Positions 1 through 9,728 of a stretch of 64,000 bases of DNA are shown in pieces. A program made the translations under genes and the position numbers. This DNA is from Alphaproteobacteria bacterium (lineage in GTDB: Bacteria > Pseudomonadota > Alphaproteobacteria > UBA6615). Location: positions 236 through 64,235 of the forward strand of contig JANQOE010000059.1 in the NCBI GenBank assembly GCA_028279245.1. The letters are read 5' to 3'. How positions within the stretch are numbered: the first letter of the stretch is position 1; every line of letters begins with the position of its first letter. The notes beneath the pieces were generated by a model. The model made no database searches. It was not told the DNA's origin and worked only from the letters and a program-made list of their open reading frames with translations.

Positions 1-1008
1 GCGAAACAAACCCCACCCCGCATCGAACTCGACCCGATCCCCAGAGTAATCTTGGTACCGGGTGTGGGGATGTTCGGCCTCGGGAACTCGGCGAAGGCCG
101 CAAACATCGCCGCCGACCTGGCCGAGACCGCCATCGAAGTCACAACCGCCGCTGAGGCCGTCGGCACCTTCGAGAGCATCAACGAACCCGAAATGTTCGA
201 CATCGAATACTGGTCTCTGGAACAGGCTAAGCTGGGCAAGGCTGCCGAAAAGCCGCTAGCCCGGCAGATCGCCGTCGTCACCGGCGGCGGCTCCGGTATC
301 GGCGCTGCCACAGCGGCCGCACTCCGCAACCAGGGCGCCGAAGTCGCAGTGCTCGATCTCGATGCCAACGCCGCCGGCGAAGTCGCGGCACGCATTGGCG
401 GCCTACCGGTACAATGCGACGTCACCGATCTGGCCTCGGTGCAAGCAGCGTTTGATGCAGTGGCTGAGGCATTTGGCGGGGTGGACATCCTGGTGTCGAA
501 CGCCGGTGCCGCCTGGCAAGGCCGGATCGGCGAAGTCGACGATGCGATCCTGCGCAAGAGTTTCGAACTGAACTTCTTTGGTCACCAAAACGTAGCGAAA
601 ACTGCCGTAGCCATCATGCAGGCCCAGGGCACCGGCGGCTGCCTGTTGTTCAACACCTCCAAACAGGCGGTCAACCCGGGCAAGGACTTCGGCCCCTACG
701 GTCTACCCAAGGCCGCGACCCTGTTTCTGATGCGGCAATACGCCTTGGACTATGGCGGCAACGGCATCCGCGCAAACGCGGTCAACGCCGACCGGATTCG
801 CTCCGGCCTGCTCACTGAGGAGATGGTCAAGAGCCGGGCCAGCGCCCGCGGCATCAGCGAAAGCGCGTACATGTCCGGGAATCTGCTCGGCCGCGAGGTC
901 ACAGCTGAAGATGTTGCCGATGCTTTCGTTTCGTTGGCCTTGGCACGCGCATCGACCGGTGCGGTGCTGACAGTCGATGGCGGCAACATGGCCGCAGCTA
1001 TGCGCTAG
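1..1008 (+). CDS. Bifunctional aldolase/short-chain dehydrogenase family protein, C-terminal SDR part (5' end outside window)
   Basis: The frame is open from nt 1 (AKQTPPRIELDPIPRVILVPGVGMFGLG...), so the TTG at 52 in the ORF track is not the true start. SDR Rossmann motif VTGGGSGIGAATA, VSNAGAA and Y-x3-K (YGLPK) are present. Stop is TAG 1006-1008. Confidence 0.8.
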   Translation, partial: AKQTPPRIELDPIPRVILVPGVGMFGLGNSAKAANIAADLAETAIEVTTAAEAVGTFESINEPEMFDIEYWSLEQAKLGKAAEKPLARQIAVVTGGGSGIGAATAAALRNQGAEVAVLDLDANAAGEVAARIGGLPVQCDVTDLASVQAAFDAVAEAFGGVDILVSNAGAAWQGRIGEVDDAILRKSFELNFFGHQNVAKTAVAIMQAQGTGGCLLFNTSKQAVNPGKDFGPYGLPKAATLFLMRQYALDYGGNGIRANAVNADRIRSGLLTEEMVKSRASARGISESAYMSGNLLGREVTAEDVADAFVSLALARASTGAVLTVDGGNMAAAMR

Positions 1009-1140
1009 CGCGTAAGCGGGCCCACCGGTCTCCGCGCAATGCTGGACGGATATCCCGGCCCTGTTAGAATAGGGTCTCCTACAGCACGCGCCGAATCCGG
1101 AACCAAGAGCGCGTATCAAGCTCACCCGAGGAGGAATTCT

Positions 1141-2148
1141 ATGAAGTCACTAACGCATGGCTTGAAGGCAACGGTGGCCGCCGCAGCGGTCAGCCTTGCC
1201 GCCGGGTTCGGTTCGGCGTCCGCTGAAACGATCACCCTGCACGGTGCCAGCCAGTTCGACGAAGACCACGCCTTCACCCGCCTGATGCGGAAGTTCGAAG
1301 AGCTCACCCAACTCTACTATCAGGGCGACGCCGAGCTCGAATTCGTCATGCACTTGAATAGCGAACTTGGCCTGGAGAAGGACTACTTCAACTTCATGAG
1401 CCAAGGCATCTCGGTCGACTACGCCGTGGTCGCCCCGTCCCACATGTCGACCTTCTCGAAGATGGCGACGTTGATGGACATGCCGATGCTGTTCCGCGAT
1501 CCGATGCACTGGAGCCAGGTCCTCGGCGGCGACGCGCTGCAGCCCATCGCCGACGACGTGATGGACAAGGCCGACGTGATGCTCATCGGCTATGGCGGCG
1601 GCGGGGTGCGGAACCTGATCGTCAACAAGGCCGTCTCCAACATGGAAGAAATCAAGGACGTGCCGATCCGCGTGATGGGCGCGCCGATTCAGAGCCGCAT
1701 GTTTGAGGCGTTCGGCATGGCCCCGTCGGTCATCGCCTATGACGAGGTCTACAACGCGATCCAGACCGGGGTCATCGACGCGGCGGAGAACGAGGCCGCT
1801 GGCATCCAACAGAAGAAGTTCTACGAAGTCGGCCCGCAGATCGCCCTAACCCAGCACTCGATCACGGTGCGCCCGCTGGCCTTCTCCGGCAAGACCTTCC
1901 AGCGCCTGCCGGAAGACCTGCAAGCGGCGATCATCCAGGCTGGCAAGGACGCCGGTGCGTATGGTCGGATCATCGAGTCCTCCGAAGACCGCGCCAAGTT
2001 GGCCGGGATGGAGAGCGACGGTCTGCTCGAAACCGTGCTATTCACCGAACGCGGGGCGCTCATCGCAGCCTCTGAGCCGGTGAAGCAAGAGTTCGCCGCC
2101 GAACTCGGCGCCGAAGCGGTCCTTGAGGCAATCAACGCCGTCCAGTAG
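1141..2148 (+). CDS. TRAP transporter substrate-binding protein (DctP type)
   Basis: ATG 1141 is preceded by GAGGAGG. Signal peptide MKSLTHGLKATVAAAAVSLAAGFGSASA. DctP-like body, followed by DctQ- and DctM-type genes. The ORF-track start at 1039 adds a non-signal extension. Confidence 0.85.
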   Translation: MKSLTHGLKATVAAAAVSLAAGFGSASAETITLHGASQFDEDHAFTRLMRKFEELTQLYYQGDAELEFVMHLNSELGLEKDYFNFMSQGISVDYAVVAPSHMSTFSKMATLMDMPMLFRDPMHWSQVLGGDALQPIADDVMDKADVMLIGYGGGGVRNLIVNKAVSNMEEIKDVPIRVMGAPIQSRMFEAFGMAPSVIAYDEVYNAIQTGVIDAAENEAAGIQQKKFYEVGPQIALTQHSITVRPLAFSGKTFQRLPEDLQAAIIQAGKDAGAYGRIIESSEDRAKLAGMESDGLLETVLFTERGALIAASEPVKQEFAAELGAEAVLEAINAVQ

Positions 2149-2193
2149 CAAAAAAGGGGCCGTTCCTTTGTCGGTGCGGGCCTCCCCGCCTTC

Positions 2194-2233
2194 TGTATTG
2201 CCGGAGCCGCGTCACCAACGCTCCGGCAATACA
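2194..2233 (+). promoter_or_regulatory. Intercistronic stem-loop between the TRAP binding-protein and permease genes
   Basis: 14-bp inverted repeat TGTATTGCCGGAGC (2194-2207) / GCTCCGGCAATACA (2220-2233) with a 12-nt loop, located between the dctP-type stop (2148) and the dctQ-type GTG (2250). No U-tract follows. Confidence 0.5.
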
Positions 2234-2249
2234 CCCCGCAGCCGCTAAC

Positions 2250-2744
2250 GTGAAAACCACACTGGACCATCTGACGCGCGTCTTGCGCGTTCTGCTGACG
2301 CTGCTCATGGCGCTGCTGATCGTGCCCGTGAGCCTGCAGATCTTCTCCCGCTATCTCGGCATCATCCCGCGCTACATCTGGACGGAAGAGATCGCCCGCT
2401 TCTGCTTCGTCTGGATCGTCATGGTCGGCGCCATGATTGCGGTGCGCGATGGCACCCACTTCGAGGTCGATGTGCTGCCCCAGTTCGGCCCAAAGGTCGA
2501 AGCGGGCATCCGCATCTTCGTGCACACCGCCATGCTGTTGCTGGCCCTAGTGTTCGTCACCGTCGGCTGGAGCTTCGCGGAACTCGGATCGCGCCAGACC
2601 TCGGAAATCGCCGATCTGCCGCTGATCGCGATCTTCATCGCCTGGCCGATCACCGGCCTCGTCTGGATCGCCTTCCTGGGCGAGAAGTTCTACCACGACA
2701 TCCAACTCCTCCGGCACGGTAAGGACGCCAATGGGACCGGGTGA
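2250..2744 (+). CDS. TRAP transporter small permease (DctQ type)
   Basis: 164 aa with four hydrophobic segments and a GTG start. Sits between DctP- and DctM-type genes and overlaps the next gene by 14 nt. Confidence 0.8.
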   Translation: MKTTLDHLTRVLRVLLTLLMALLIVPVSLQIFSRYLGIIPRYIWTEEIARFCFVWIVMVGAMIAVRDGTHFEVDVLPQFGPKVEAGIRIFVHTAMLLLALVFVTVGWSFAELGSRQTSEIADLPLIAIFIAWPITGLVWIAFLGEKFYHDIQLLRHGKDANGTG

Positions 2745-4035
2745 AGTCGCCGCCCTGCTGTTCGGGATCTTCGGCGTACTGGTGCTGCTGCGCGTGCCGG
2801 TGTCATTCGCGTTGGGACTGGCCTGCGTCCCGATTTTCATTATCAACGACCGTCTGGCGCCGATACTCCTATTGAACCAGATGTTCAACTCCTACAACGC
2901 GTTCCTCCTGCTGGCGGTGCCGTTCTTCCTGCTGGCGGCCAACTTGATGAACACGGCCGGCATCACGGAACGGCTCATCAACCTGGCCCGCGCCATGGTC
3001 GGACATCTGCCAGGCGGCCTCGGCCACGTGAACGTGACGGTCAGCATGCTGTTCGCCGGCATCTCCGGCTCGTCCACCGCGGACGCCGCCGGCATTGGAT
3101 CGCTGATGATCCCGGCGATGAAGAAGCAGGGCTACGGCACCAGTTTCTCCGTCGCTATCACCGCCTGCTCCTCGGTGATGGGCGTGATCATCCCGCCGAG
3201 CATCCTGATGGTGGTCTGGGGCGGCCTGATGAGTGTATCGATCGGCGGCCTGTTCCTTGCCGGGATCGTGCCGGGCCTACTGATCGCGCTGTCGCTGATG
3301 GCCGCGGTCTTCGTTTACGCGAAGGTCTACGGCTACCCGATCTACGCCCGCTCCTCGATCCGCCAATTCGCCAAAGCATTGGGCAATGCGTTCTTCGCGC
3401 TGCTAACGCCGCTCATCATCATCGGCGGCATCGTCGGCGGTCTGTTCACCCCGACCGAAGCGTCGGTCATCGCCGTGCTATACTCGATCTTCGTCGGCCT
3501 GGTGATCTACCGGACGATCACCCCGCGCGGTCTGCCGAAAGTGCTGTACGAGTCCGCACGGTTCGCCGCCATTTCCTTGTTTGCTATCGGCACCGCCTCC
3601 GCCTTCGGCTGGATCCTCGCGTTTTTCCAGGTGCCCAAGGCACTGGTCGAGGTCATGGCGAGCTGGGGCTTCGGCATGATCGGCACCGGCATTGTCGTAG
3701 CCCTTTCGTTCCTGGTGATCGGCCTGTTCATCGACGCGATCCCGGCGATCATCATCGTCGGCACGGTGCTGCTGCCAGTCACCCAGGCCGTCGGCATGCA
3801 CCCGATCCACTTCGCAATCATCGGCGTGATCTCCCTCGCCTTCGGCCTGGTCACGCCACCCTACGGGCTATGTCTGCTGATCGCCTGCAGTATCGGCGAG
3901 ATAAAAGTGATAAGGGCGCTGCGTGACGTGACGATCATCCTGATACCGATGATCATAGTCTTGGCGATCGTCATCCTGCTCCCAGACCTGATCCTCGCCC
4001 TGCCCCGCACATTGATGCCGCGGTTCGTGAATTAG
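2731..4035 (+). CDS. TRAP transporter large permease (DctM type)
   Basis: 434 aa polytopic membrane protein with the typical DctM N-terminus and length. Third gene of the TRAP operon. Confidence 0.9.
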   Translation: MGPGEVAALLFGIFGVLVLLRVPVSFALGLACVPIFIINDRLAPILLLNQMFNSYNAFLLLAVPFFLLAANLMNTAGITERLINLARAMVGHLPGGLGHVNVTVSMLFAGISGSSTADAAGIGSLMIPAMKKQGYGTSFSVAITACSSVMGVIIPPSILMVVWGGLMSVSIGGLFLAGIVPGLLIALSLMAAVFVYAKVYGYPIYARSSIRQFAKALGNAFFALLTPLIIIGGIVGGLFTPTEASVIAVLYSIFVGLVIYRTITPRGLPKVLYESARFAAISLFAIGTASAFGWILAFFQVPKALVEVMASWGFGMIGTGIVVALSFLVIGLFIDAIPAIIIVGTVLLPVTQAVGMHPIHFAIIGVISLAFGLVTPPYGLCLLIACSIGEIKVIRALRDVTIILIPMIIVLAIVILLPDLILALPRTLMPRFVN

Positions 4036-4174
4036 TTGCGGGCTAGCGGTAGCTCAAACAGCATCTATCGAACTCGGCCGCTACCACTAATATCCCCTCA
4101 CGCTCAGGTTGCAACCTTCGCGGGATGTGCCAAACTCAGCGCATCGAGCCTCTCGCACACACGGAGCCGCACCG

Positions 4175-4480
4175 GTGAAGACCGCTCTGTCAGTCACAGT
4201 TGTCCTTGCTCTCATGGCTGTCGGAATCGTTAGTGATCAGAGAACCAGCAACGCAGAGGAGCCGGTCGATAGTCGCCTTCATCTCCGCGACACCGAAGTG
4301 AAGATCTCCGAACTGGCATCACCGCCAGAACCGGACTTCTGCGACACTCAGTTGATCGGAGGCCAGACCGTAAGGGAGTGGGAGAAGGCGTCCCCGCAAC
4401 CGGACTTGTATCTGGCCGTCTATCGCTCTCTTGGGTGTCGATCCACTAGTCCTGCGAGCCGGGCCTCCACACCGGACTAG
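4175..4480 (+). CDS. Hypothetical small exported/membrane-anchored protein (weak call)
   Basis: GTG 4175 sits about 11 nt after GGAG. N-terminal hydrophobic stretch VKTALSVTVVLALMAVGIV. Lies in a lower-GC 450-nt gap between convergent genes. No recognisable family. Confidence 0.25.
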   Translation: MKTALSVTVVLALMAVGIVSDQRTSNAEEPVDSRLHLRDTEVKISELASPPEPDFCDTQLIGGQTVREWEKASPQPDLYLAVYRSLGCRSTSPASRASTPD

Positions 4481-4484
4481 TCGC

Positions 4485-5603
4485 TCAACGGCGGGTCACC
4501 GCCAACGCATCCTCGTCCAACTCAATCCCCAACCCCGGCGTGTCCGGCAGTTCCAGTACGCCGTTGTCGACAACAGTCGGTGCGACCAGTCCGAAGTCCC
4601 GCTGTTCCGGCGACCACTCCGGCGGGTCGTAGGGATATTCGAGGAACGGCAGCCCCGGCACACTTGCCGCCAGATGTGCATTCGCCAGCACGCCGATCCC
4701 GTTCGTCCAGGTGTGCGGCGTGAACATCAGACCGGCATCCCGCGCCATCGCCGCAATCCACCGGAGACCGGTTATACCGCCGATCAGCGCCGCGTCCGGC
4801 TGCAGCACGTCGAGGCAACCGTCTTCGATCAGGTCGCGATACTCGTAGAGTTCACGATTCATCTCGCCACCAGCGATCTTGATGTCCGTTGCCTTGCGCA
4901 GCGCACGCAGGCCGGCTCGGTCGGCGCGGTGCAACGGTTCTTCGATCCAATAGACATCGAGACGCTCGAGCTCGCGGACCAAGCCCAACACATCGTCAAG
5001 CTGCCAGGGCGCGGCCGTGTCCCACGGCATCCGCCAGCCCTGATTGCAGTCGACGAGCAACTTGAGCCGGTCGCCCACCCGCGCCCGCACCGCTTCCAAA
5101 GCCTGAACGTCATCGCGCCACGGCGTCGTCCCGCCACTTGTCGCGGACAACCGCACCTTGCCCGCTGGAAACCCCTCTTCGGCAAACCGTTCGAAAGTCT
5201 CCGCCAAGGCGCCCGGATCCCGCCGCACACCCGACGAGGCGTAAACCGGCACCCGGTTGGTCCCGCCGAGCATCTGCCAGGCGGGCTTGCCCTCGATCTT
5301 GCCGCGCAGATCCCACAACGCCAGATCGAGCGGCCAGCAGCGCCCATAGTGAAACTGCAGATGGTTCAACACCTCGAAATGCCGATCGAGCGCCGTCGGA
5401 TCCTGGCCGATGAACAGATCCTCATGGCCTGCGAACCCAAGCATCAAATCACCGGAACCGATGCCCTCCCGCCCCTCGTCATCGCGCACCCGCACGATCG
5501 TCACATCGAAATGGGCCCGCGCCCGGCCATCCCAACTGGCGACGAAGGGTGGATCGAGGGGCAGCCGGTGGCGGCTGATGCGGATGCTTTCGATCACTGG
5601 CAT
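4485..5603 (-). CDS. Enolase-superfamily enzyme (mandelate racemase/muconate lactonizing enzyme family)
   Basis: 372 aa with metal-ligand contexts LLVDCNQGW, YWIEEPL and DVLQPDAALIGG. Last gene of the minus-strand operon. Confidence 0.85.
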   Translation of the reverse strand: MPVIESIRISRHRLPLDPPFVASWDGRARAHFDVTIVRVRDDEGREGIGSGDLMLGFAGHEDLFIGQDPTALDRHFEVLNHLQFHYGRCWPLDLALWDLRGKIEGKPAWQMLGGTNRVPVYASSGVRRDPGALAETFERFAEEGFPAGKVRLSATSGGTTPWRDDVQALEAVRARVGDRLKLLVDCNQGWRMPWDTAAPWQLDDVLGLVRELERLDVYWIEEPLHRADRAGLRALRKATDIKIAGGEMNRELYEYRDLIEDGCLDVLQPDAALIGGITGLRWIAAMARDAGLMFTPHTWTNGIGVLANAHLAASVPGLPFLEYPYDPPEWSPEQRDFGLVAPTVVDNGVLELPDTPGLGIELDEDALAVTRR

Positions 5604-5606
5604 GAC

Positions 5607-6758
5607 CTACCCGTACGCGAGCACGCGTTGCGCGACGGACAGTGCCGTCGCCATATCGGCGGACAACCCGGCACCGTCGAAACCAAAGCTGTTTTGCGGC
5701 TCCAGCATCTCTCCGGCCAACGAACCGGCATCACCAGGGCCGATACCATACCCGCCAACAGACAGCGCCACCCCGAGGCCGCGTACGAACCCGTCAAGCG
5801 CATCCGGCAATGCGGCTCTATTGGCCACACCGAACATCGACGCGAGTTCGTCGAACACCTCGGCCGCTGGATCGCCGCACTGCTGGATCGTCGTCGGCAA
5901 TGTGGCAAGCAGTGCCACGGTGACCGCTTGGCCGTGCGGTATCTTACCGAGGGAGGCCAATGCATGCCCGGCACCATGCGCGATTGCGCAGCCCGCATTG
6001 TCGATGGCGACACCCGCCCAGCAGGCCGCGAGCTGCATCGCCTCCCGCGCCGCCAAGTCGTCCGGCGCGGCGACAACCCGTGGCAAGTGGGCTTTGATCA
6101 GCCGCGCCGCCTTCAACGCATAGAAGGTGTTGGCCGCAAACGCGTTCACATTCGTCGCCGCCTCGACCGCGTGCACCAACGCGTCCAGCCCGGTGATGGC
6201 GGTTACTGAAGCTGGCAAGCCGATGGTCAACGCCGGATCGAGGAACACACAGCGCGGTTTCAGAACGTCCCCGTAGAACCAGAACTTACGTCCCTCGGTA
6301 TCGGCGGCGACCGCCGTCCGCGTCACCTCGGCCCCAGTGCCCGACGTGGTCGGCACGGCAAACACCGGCAAGCCGCTCGGCATCGGGTTCTTCGCCAGCG
6401 CATAATGCGCCGCGGGTTCCAACCGCGCGCCGACGCTCGCCACCAACTTCGCCAGATCGATCGCCGACCCGCCGCCAATCGCTAACACCACGTCGGCGCG
6501 CATCTGTTGGGCCGCCAATACCCCGGCGTCGACATCGCCGACCACAGGCTCGCCGCTCACCATGCGCACCGATACCTCGGCACCACCCTCGACCATCTGG
6601 TTCAAGCAGGCTGTGACGGCCTCGTGCTCGCGAACGGCGGAATCGCAGATCGCGAGAATACGGCGCGCGCCGGGCACTTCCTCGGCCATCACCGCTGGAG
6701 CGTACCGGAAAGCGCCCGTACCAACGGCAATGCGCGGCAGCGCTGCCAGTGTGTGCAT
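5607..6758 (-). CDS. Iron-containing alcohol dehydrogenase family protein
   Basis: 383 aa with GGGSAIDLAK NAD-binding motif and His-rich C-terminal half (HAVEAAT, AHGAGHAL). 3-nt gap to the downstream gene. Confidence 0.85.
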   Translation of the reverse strand: MHTLAALPRIAVGTGAFRYAPAVMAEEVPGARRILAICDSAVREHEAVTACLNQMVEGGAEVSVRMVSGEPVVGDVDAGVLAAQQMRADVVLAIGGGSAIDLAKLVASVGARLEPAAHYALAKNPMPSGLPVFAVPTTSGTGAEVTRTAVAADTEGRKFWFYGDVLKPRCVFLDPALTIGLPASVTAITGLDALVHAVEAATNVNAFAANTFYALKAARLIKAHLPRVVAAPDDLAAREAMQLAACWAGVAIDNAGCAIAHGAGHALASLGKIPHGQAVTVALLATLPTTIQQCGDPAAEVFDELASMFGVANRAALPDALDGFVRGLGVALSVGGYGIGPGDAGSLAGEMLEPQNSFGFDGAGLSADMATALSVAQRVLAYG

Positions 6759-6779
6759 CAGCTTCGGAAGCGGCCCGTG

Positions 6780-8840
6780 CTATTCGGCAGCGACGGCGAG
6801 CTCGCTGAACACCGGCTCGGCGTCCCGCAGATCGTCCAGCGAGATATGGCAGGCAATACTATGCCCGCCGACATCGCGGCGCGGCGGCTGCGTGGTCTCG
6901 CAGACCAGCCCGACCTTATGGGGGCACCGCGAGGCAAACGGGCAGCCGGTCGGCGCATCGAGCGGGCTGGGCGGTGCGCCGTCCAGCAAGATGCGGCGCT
7001 TGTGAATCTTCGTGTCGGCCACCGGCACCGCGGACAGCAGCGCCTCGGTGTAGGGATGGTAGGGCGGGTTGAACACCTGCTCCACAGTCCCCTGCTCCAT
7101 GATCTGGCCGAGATACATGACGATCACCCGGTCCGCGAGATAGCGCACCAGACTGAGGTCATGGCTGATGAACAGCAGCGTCGTGCGGTTGCGTTTCTGG
7201 ATATCCAGCAAGAGCCGCGTAATCGCCGCCGCCACCGACACGTCGAGCGCCGATACGGGCTCGTCCGCCACTACGGTCGACGGATCGCCGGCGAAGGCCC
7301 GGGCAATCGCCACTCGCTGCTTTTGTCCACCCGAGAGCTGCCGCGGCAACCGGCTGGCAAAGGCGCGCGGCAACTGCACGAGGTCGAGCATCTCCAACAT
7401 GCGTTCCCGGACGCGCCCGCGGTCCTTTTCCTTGCCGAACTTGCGGATCACCCGGCTGATCTGCGAGCCGACGGACTGGCTCGGGTTCAATGTGTCGAAC
7501 GGATTCTGGAACACCATCTGCAGGTCGCGCACCTGCTCCGGCGGGCGTTCGTGCACCGGCGTGTCGCCGATCTCGTCACCGTGAAACTCGATGGTGCCTT
7601 CGGTCGCCTGCTCAAGACCGGTGAGCACCCGGGCAAAGGTCGACTTGCCGCAGCCGGACTCACCGACAATCGCCACGGTCTCGCCCTCGAACGCTTCGAA
7701 GTTCAGGCCCTCGTTGGCCTTGACGGTCCGGACCTCGCCCCCGCGCACCATCAGCGGCGTTTCCGTAATCACATAGTGCTTCCGCAGGTTCTCGACCTTG
7801 AGCACTGACGGACCCGTCACCGTCGCATCGGCGACCGCGATGTCCTCCTGCAACGCCTCGCCAACCTCTCGCCACCGCGCACAGCGCACCGTGTGGTCAT
7901 GGCCGGCCGGCTCCATGGCCAGATCGGGACGGTCGCACTGACCCGCCTGCGCGTGGGAGCAACGCGGCGCAAAGGCACAGCCCTCGGGCCGTTCCTGCGG
8001 CAATGGCAATTGGCCCTCAATCGGCCGCAACGGTCGGCTGAACCGGTCCGTCGTCGGCAGCGGAATGCAATCGAACAGTCCACGGGTGTAGGGATGCCGC
8101 GGCGCGTCGAACAATTCATGGATTGGCGCGACCTCGACCGCCCGGCCGCTGTACATTACGCACACCCGCTCGCACGTCTCGCGGATCAATCCGAGATTAT
8201 GCGAGATGTACAGCATGCCAGTGCCGTACTTGCGGCCGATCTCCCCGATCAGATCGACGATCCCCGCTTCGACCGTCACGTCCAGCGCTGTCGTCGGTTC
8301 GTCCAGCAACAACAATTGCGGATTCGATAGCAGCGCCATTGCAATCACGATCCGCTGCTGCTGGCCGCCCGACAATTGGTGAGGGTAGGCCTGAATGACC
8401 CGGCCGGGATCCGGCAGATGAACGTCCGCCAACATGCTCCGCGCCCGGTCCAGCGCCTCGCTGTGGGTTGCTCCTTCGTGGAACATCGGCACCTCGGCCA
8501 GCTGTTCCCCGATGCGCATCGACGGGTTCAGCGCCGCCATCGGCTCCTGATAGACCATCGAGATCGCCGACCCGCGCAACCGGCGTAGATCCGCCTCTGA
8601 CGCCGCCAGCAGATCCCGGCCCTGAAACCGAATGCTGCCCGCCGTGACCCGGCCATTGCGCCCAAGGTAGCGCATCACCGCCATCGCCACGGTCGTCTTC
8701 CCACAGCCGGACTCGCCGACCAGCCCCACCGTCTCGCCCGCCGCCAGCGTGAGATTGAAGTCAATCACCGCCGGCACATCGCCCGCGCGCGTGTCGTAGG
8801 CGATGCAAAGGTTTTTGATGTCGAGCAGAGGTTCGGCCAA
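6780..8840 (-). CDS. ABC transporter ATP-binding protein, fused double ATPase (DppD/DppF-like)
   Basis: 686 aa with two Walker A motifs (GESGCGKTT, GESGCGKST) and two signatures (LSGGQQQR, LSGGQKQR). Confidence 0.9.
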   Translation of the reverse strand: MAEPLLDIKNLCIAYDTRAGDVPAVIDFNLTLAAGETVGLVGESGCGKTTVAMAVMRYLGRNGRVTAGSIRFQGRDLLAASEADLRRLRGSAISMVYQEPMAALNPSMRIGEQLAEVPMFHEGATHSEALDRARSMLADVHLPDPGRVIQAYPHQLSGGQQQRIVIAMALLSNPQLLLLDEPTTALDVTVEAGIVDLIGEIGRKYGTGMLYISHNLGLIRETCERVCVMYSGRAVEVAPIHELFDAPRHPYTRGLFDCIPLPTTDRFSRPLRPIEGQLPLPQERPEGCAFAPRCSHAQAGQCDRPDLAMEPAGHDHTVRCARWREVGEALQEDIAVADATVTGPSVLKVENLRKHYVITETPLMVRGGEVRTVKANEGLNFEAFEGETVAIVGESGCGKSTFARVLTGLEQATEGTIEFHGDEIGDTPVHERPPEQVRDLQMVFQNPFDTLNPSQSVGSQISRVIRKFGKEKDRGRVRERMLEMLDLVQLPRAFASRLPRQLSGGQKQRVAIARAFAGDPSTVVADEPVSALDVSVAAAITRLLLDIQKRNRTTLLFISHDLSLVRYLADRVIVMYLGQIMEQGTVEQVFNPPYHPYTEALLSAVPVADTKIHKRRILLDGAPPSPLDAPTGCPFASRCPHKVGLVCETTQPPRRDVGGHSIACHISLDDLRDAEPVFSELAVAAE

Positions 8841-8843
8841 AGG

Positions 8844-9728
8844 TCAGTCCCGCAGTGAGATTTCGCGCAGGCCGTCGGCCAGCAGGTTCAGTCCGAGCAC
8901 GAACGAAGAGATGGCGATACAGGGGAAGATGACCATATGCGGAAACACCGTCGCAAACGCCCTGTTCTCACTGACCATGCCGCCCCAGTCCGGGTTTGGC
9001 GGCGGCAGCCCCAGCCCGAGGAAGCCTAACGCGCCAATCGTTATGGTGACGTAACCGAGCCGCAGGCAAACATCGACGATCAACGGCCCGCGCGCATTCG
9101 GCAGGATCTCGATCAACATGATGTACCAGGCCCCCTCGCCCCGGGTCTGCGCCGCCGCCACATACTCCCGATTGCGCAAATCGAGCACCAAACCGCGGAC
9201 GATCCGCATGATGCCGGGCCCGCTGGCGAAGGTCACCGCTAGCACGATGTTAAGGGCCGAGGCGCCGACCGAAGTAATGATGATCACATAGAGCACCATC
9301 ACCGGAAACGACAGGATGGCATTGGAAACAAACGACAACGCCGTATCGACCCACCCCCGCAAATAGCCGGCCGCCACCCCCATCACGATGCCGAGTGCAT
9401 AGGCGGCAAAGGTCGCGAGCGGTGCGTACAGTAAGACGGTCCGTGACCCCCAGATCACCCGCGACAGCACATCGCGCCCCAATGCATCCGTCCCCAGCCA
9501 GAACACCCGGCCATCCGGCGCTACATCGCCAGGCATGGCAAACGGCACGACAATCTCCGTCCCGGTGAACGGCGCGATCACCGGCGCGAAGATGGCGACC
9601 GAGGCCCAAAACACGACAATACCGGTACCGATCATGGCAACCAGGCTCTCCCGCAGCAGCGTGAAGGAGCGCATCGCCTGGCCGAAGGCGCTGACGGCCG
9701 GCGAATGCCGGTCTTCAGCAACGCTCAT
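8844..9728 (-). CDS. ABC transporter permease (DppC/OppC-like)
   Basis: 294 aa polytopic protein next to a peptide-type ABC ATPase. Overlaps the upstream permease gene by 4 nt. Confidence 0.85.
   Translation of the reverse strand: MSVAEDRHSPAVSAFGQAMRSFTLLRESLVAMIGTGIVVFWASVAIFAPVIAPFTGTEIVVPFAMPGDVAPDGRVFWLGTDALGRDVLSRVIWGSRTVLLYAPLATFAAYALGIVMGVAAGYLRGWVDTALSFVSNAILSFPVMVLYVIIITSVGASALNIVLAVTFASGPGIMRIVRGLVLDLRNREYVAAAQTRGEGAWYIMLIEILPNARGPLIVDVCLRLGYVTITIGALGFLGLGLPPPNPDWGGMVSENRAFATVFPHMVIFPCIAISSFVLGLNLLADGLREISLRD

Noticed and set aside
4431-6209. 592-aa plus-strand ORF spanning the enolase-family and Fe-ADH genes
   Set aside because: It is antisense to two minus-strand genes that have clear family motifs. 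The product is Arg/Pro/Gly/His-rich and low-complexity with no motifs, which is the typical shadow ORF of GC-rich DNA.
6507-7808. 433-aa plus-strand ORF over the ABC ATPase gene
   Set aside because: It is antisense to a gene with two Walker A and two signature motifs. Its Arg/His/Gly-rich composition marks it as a shadow ORF.
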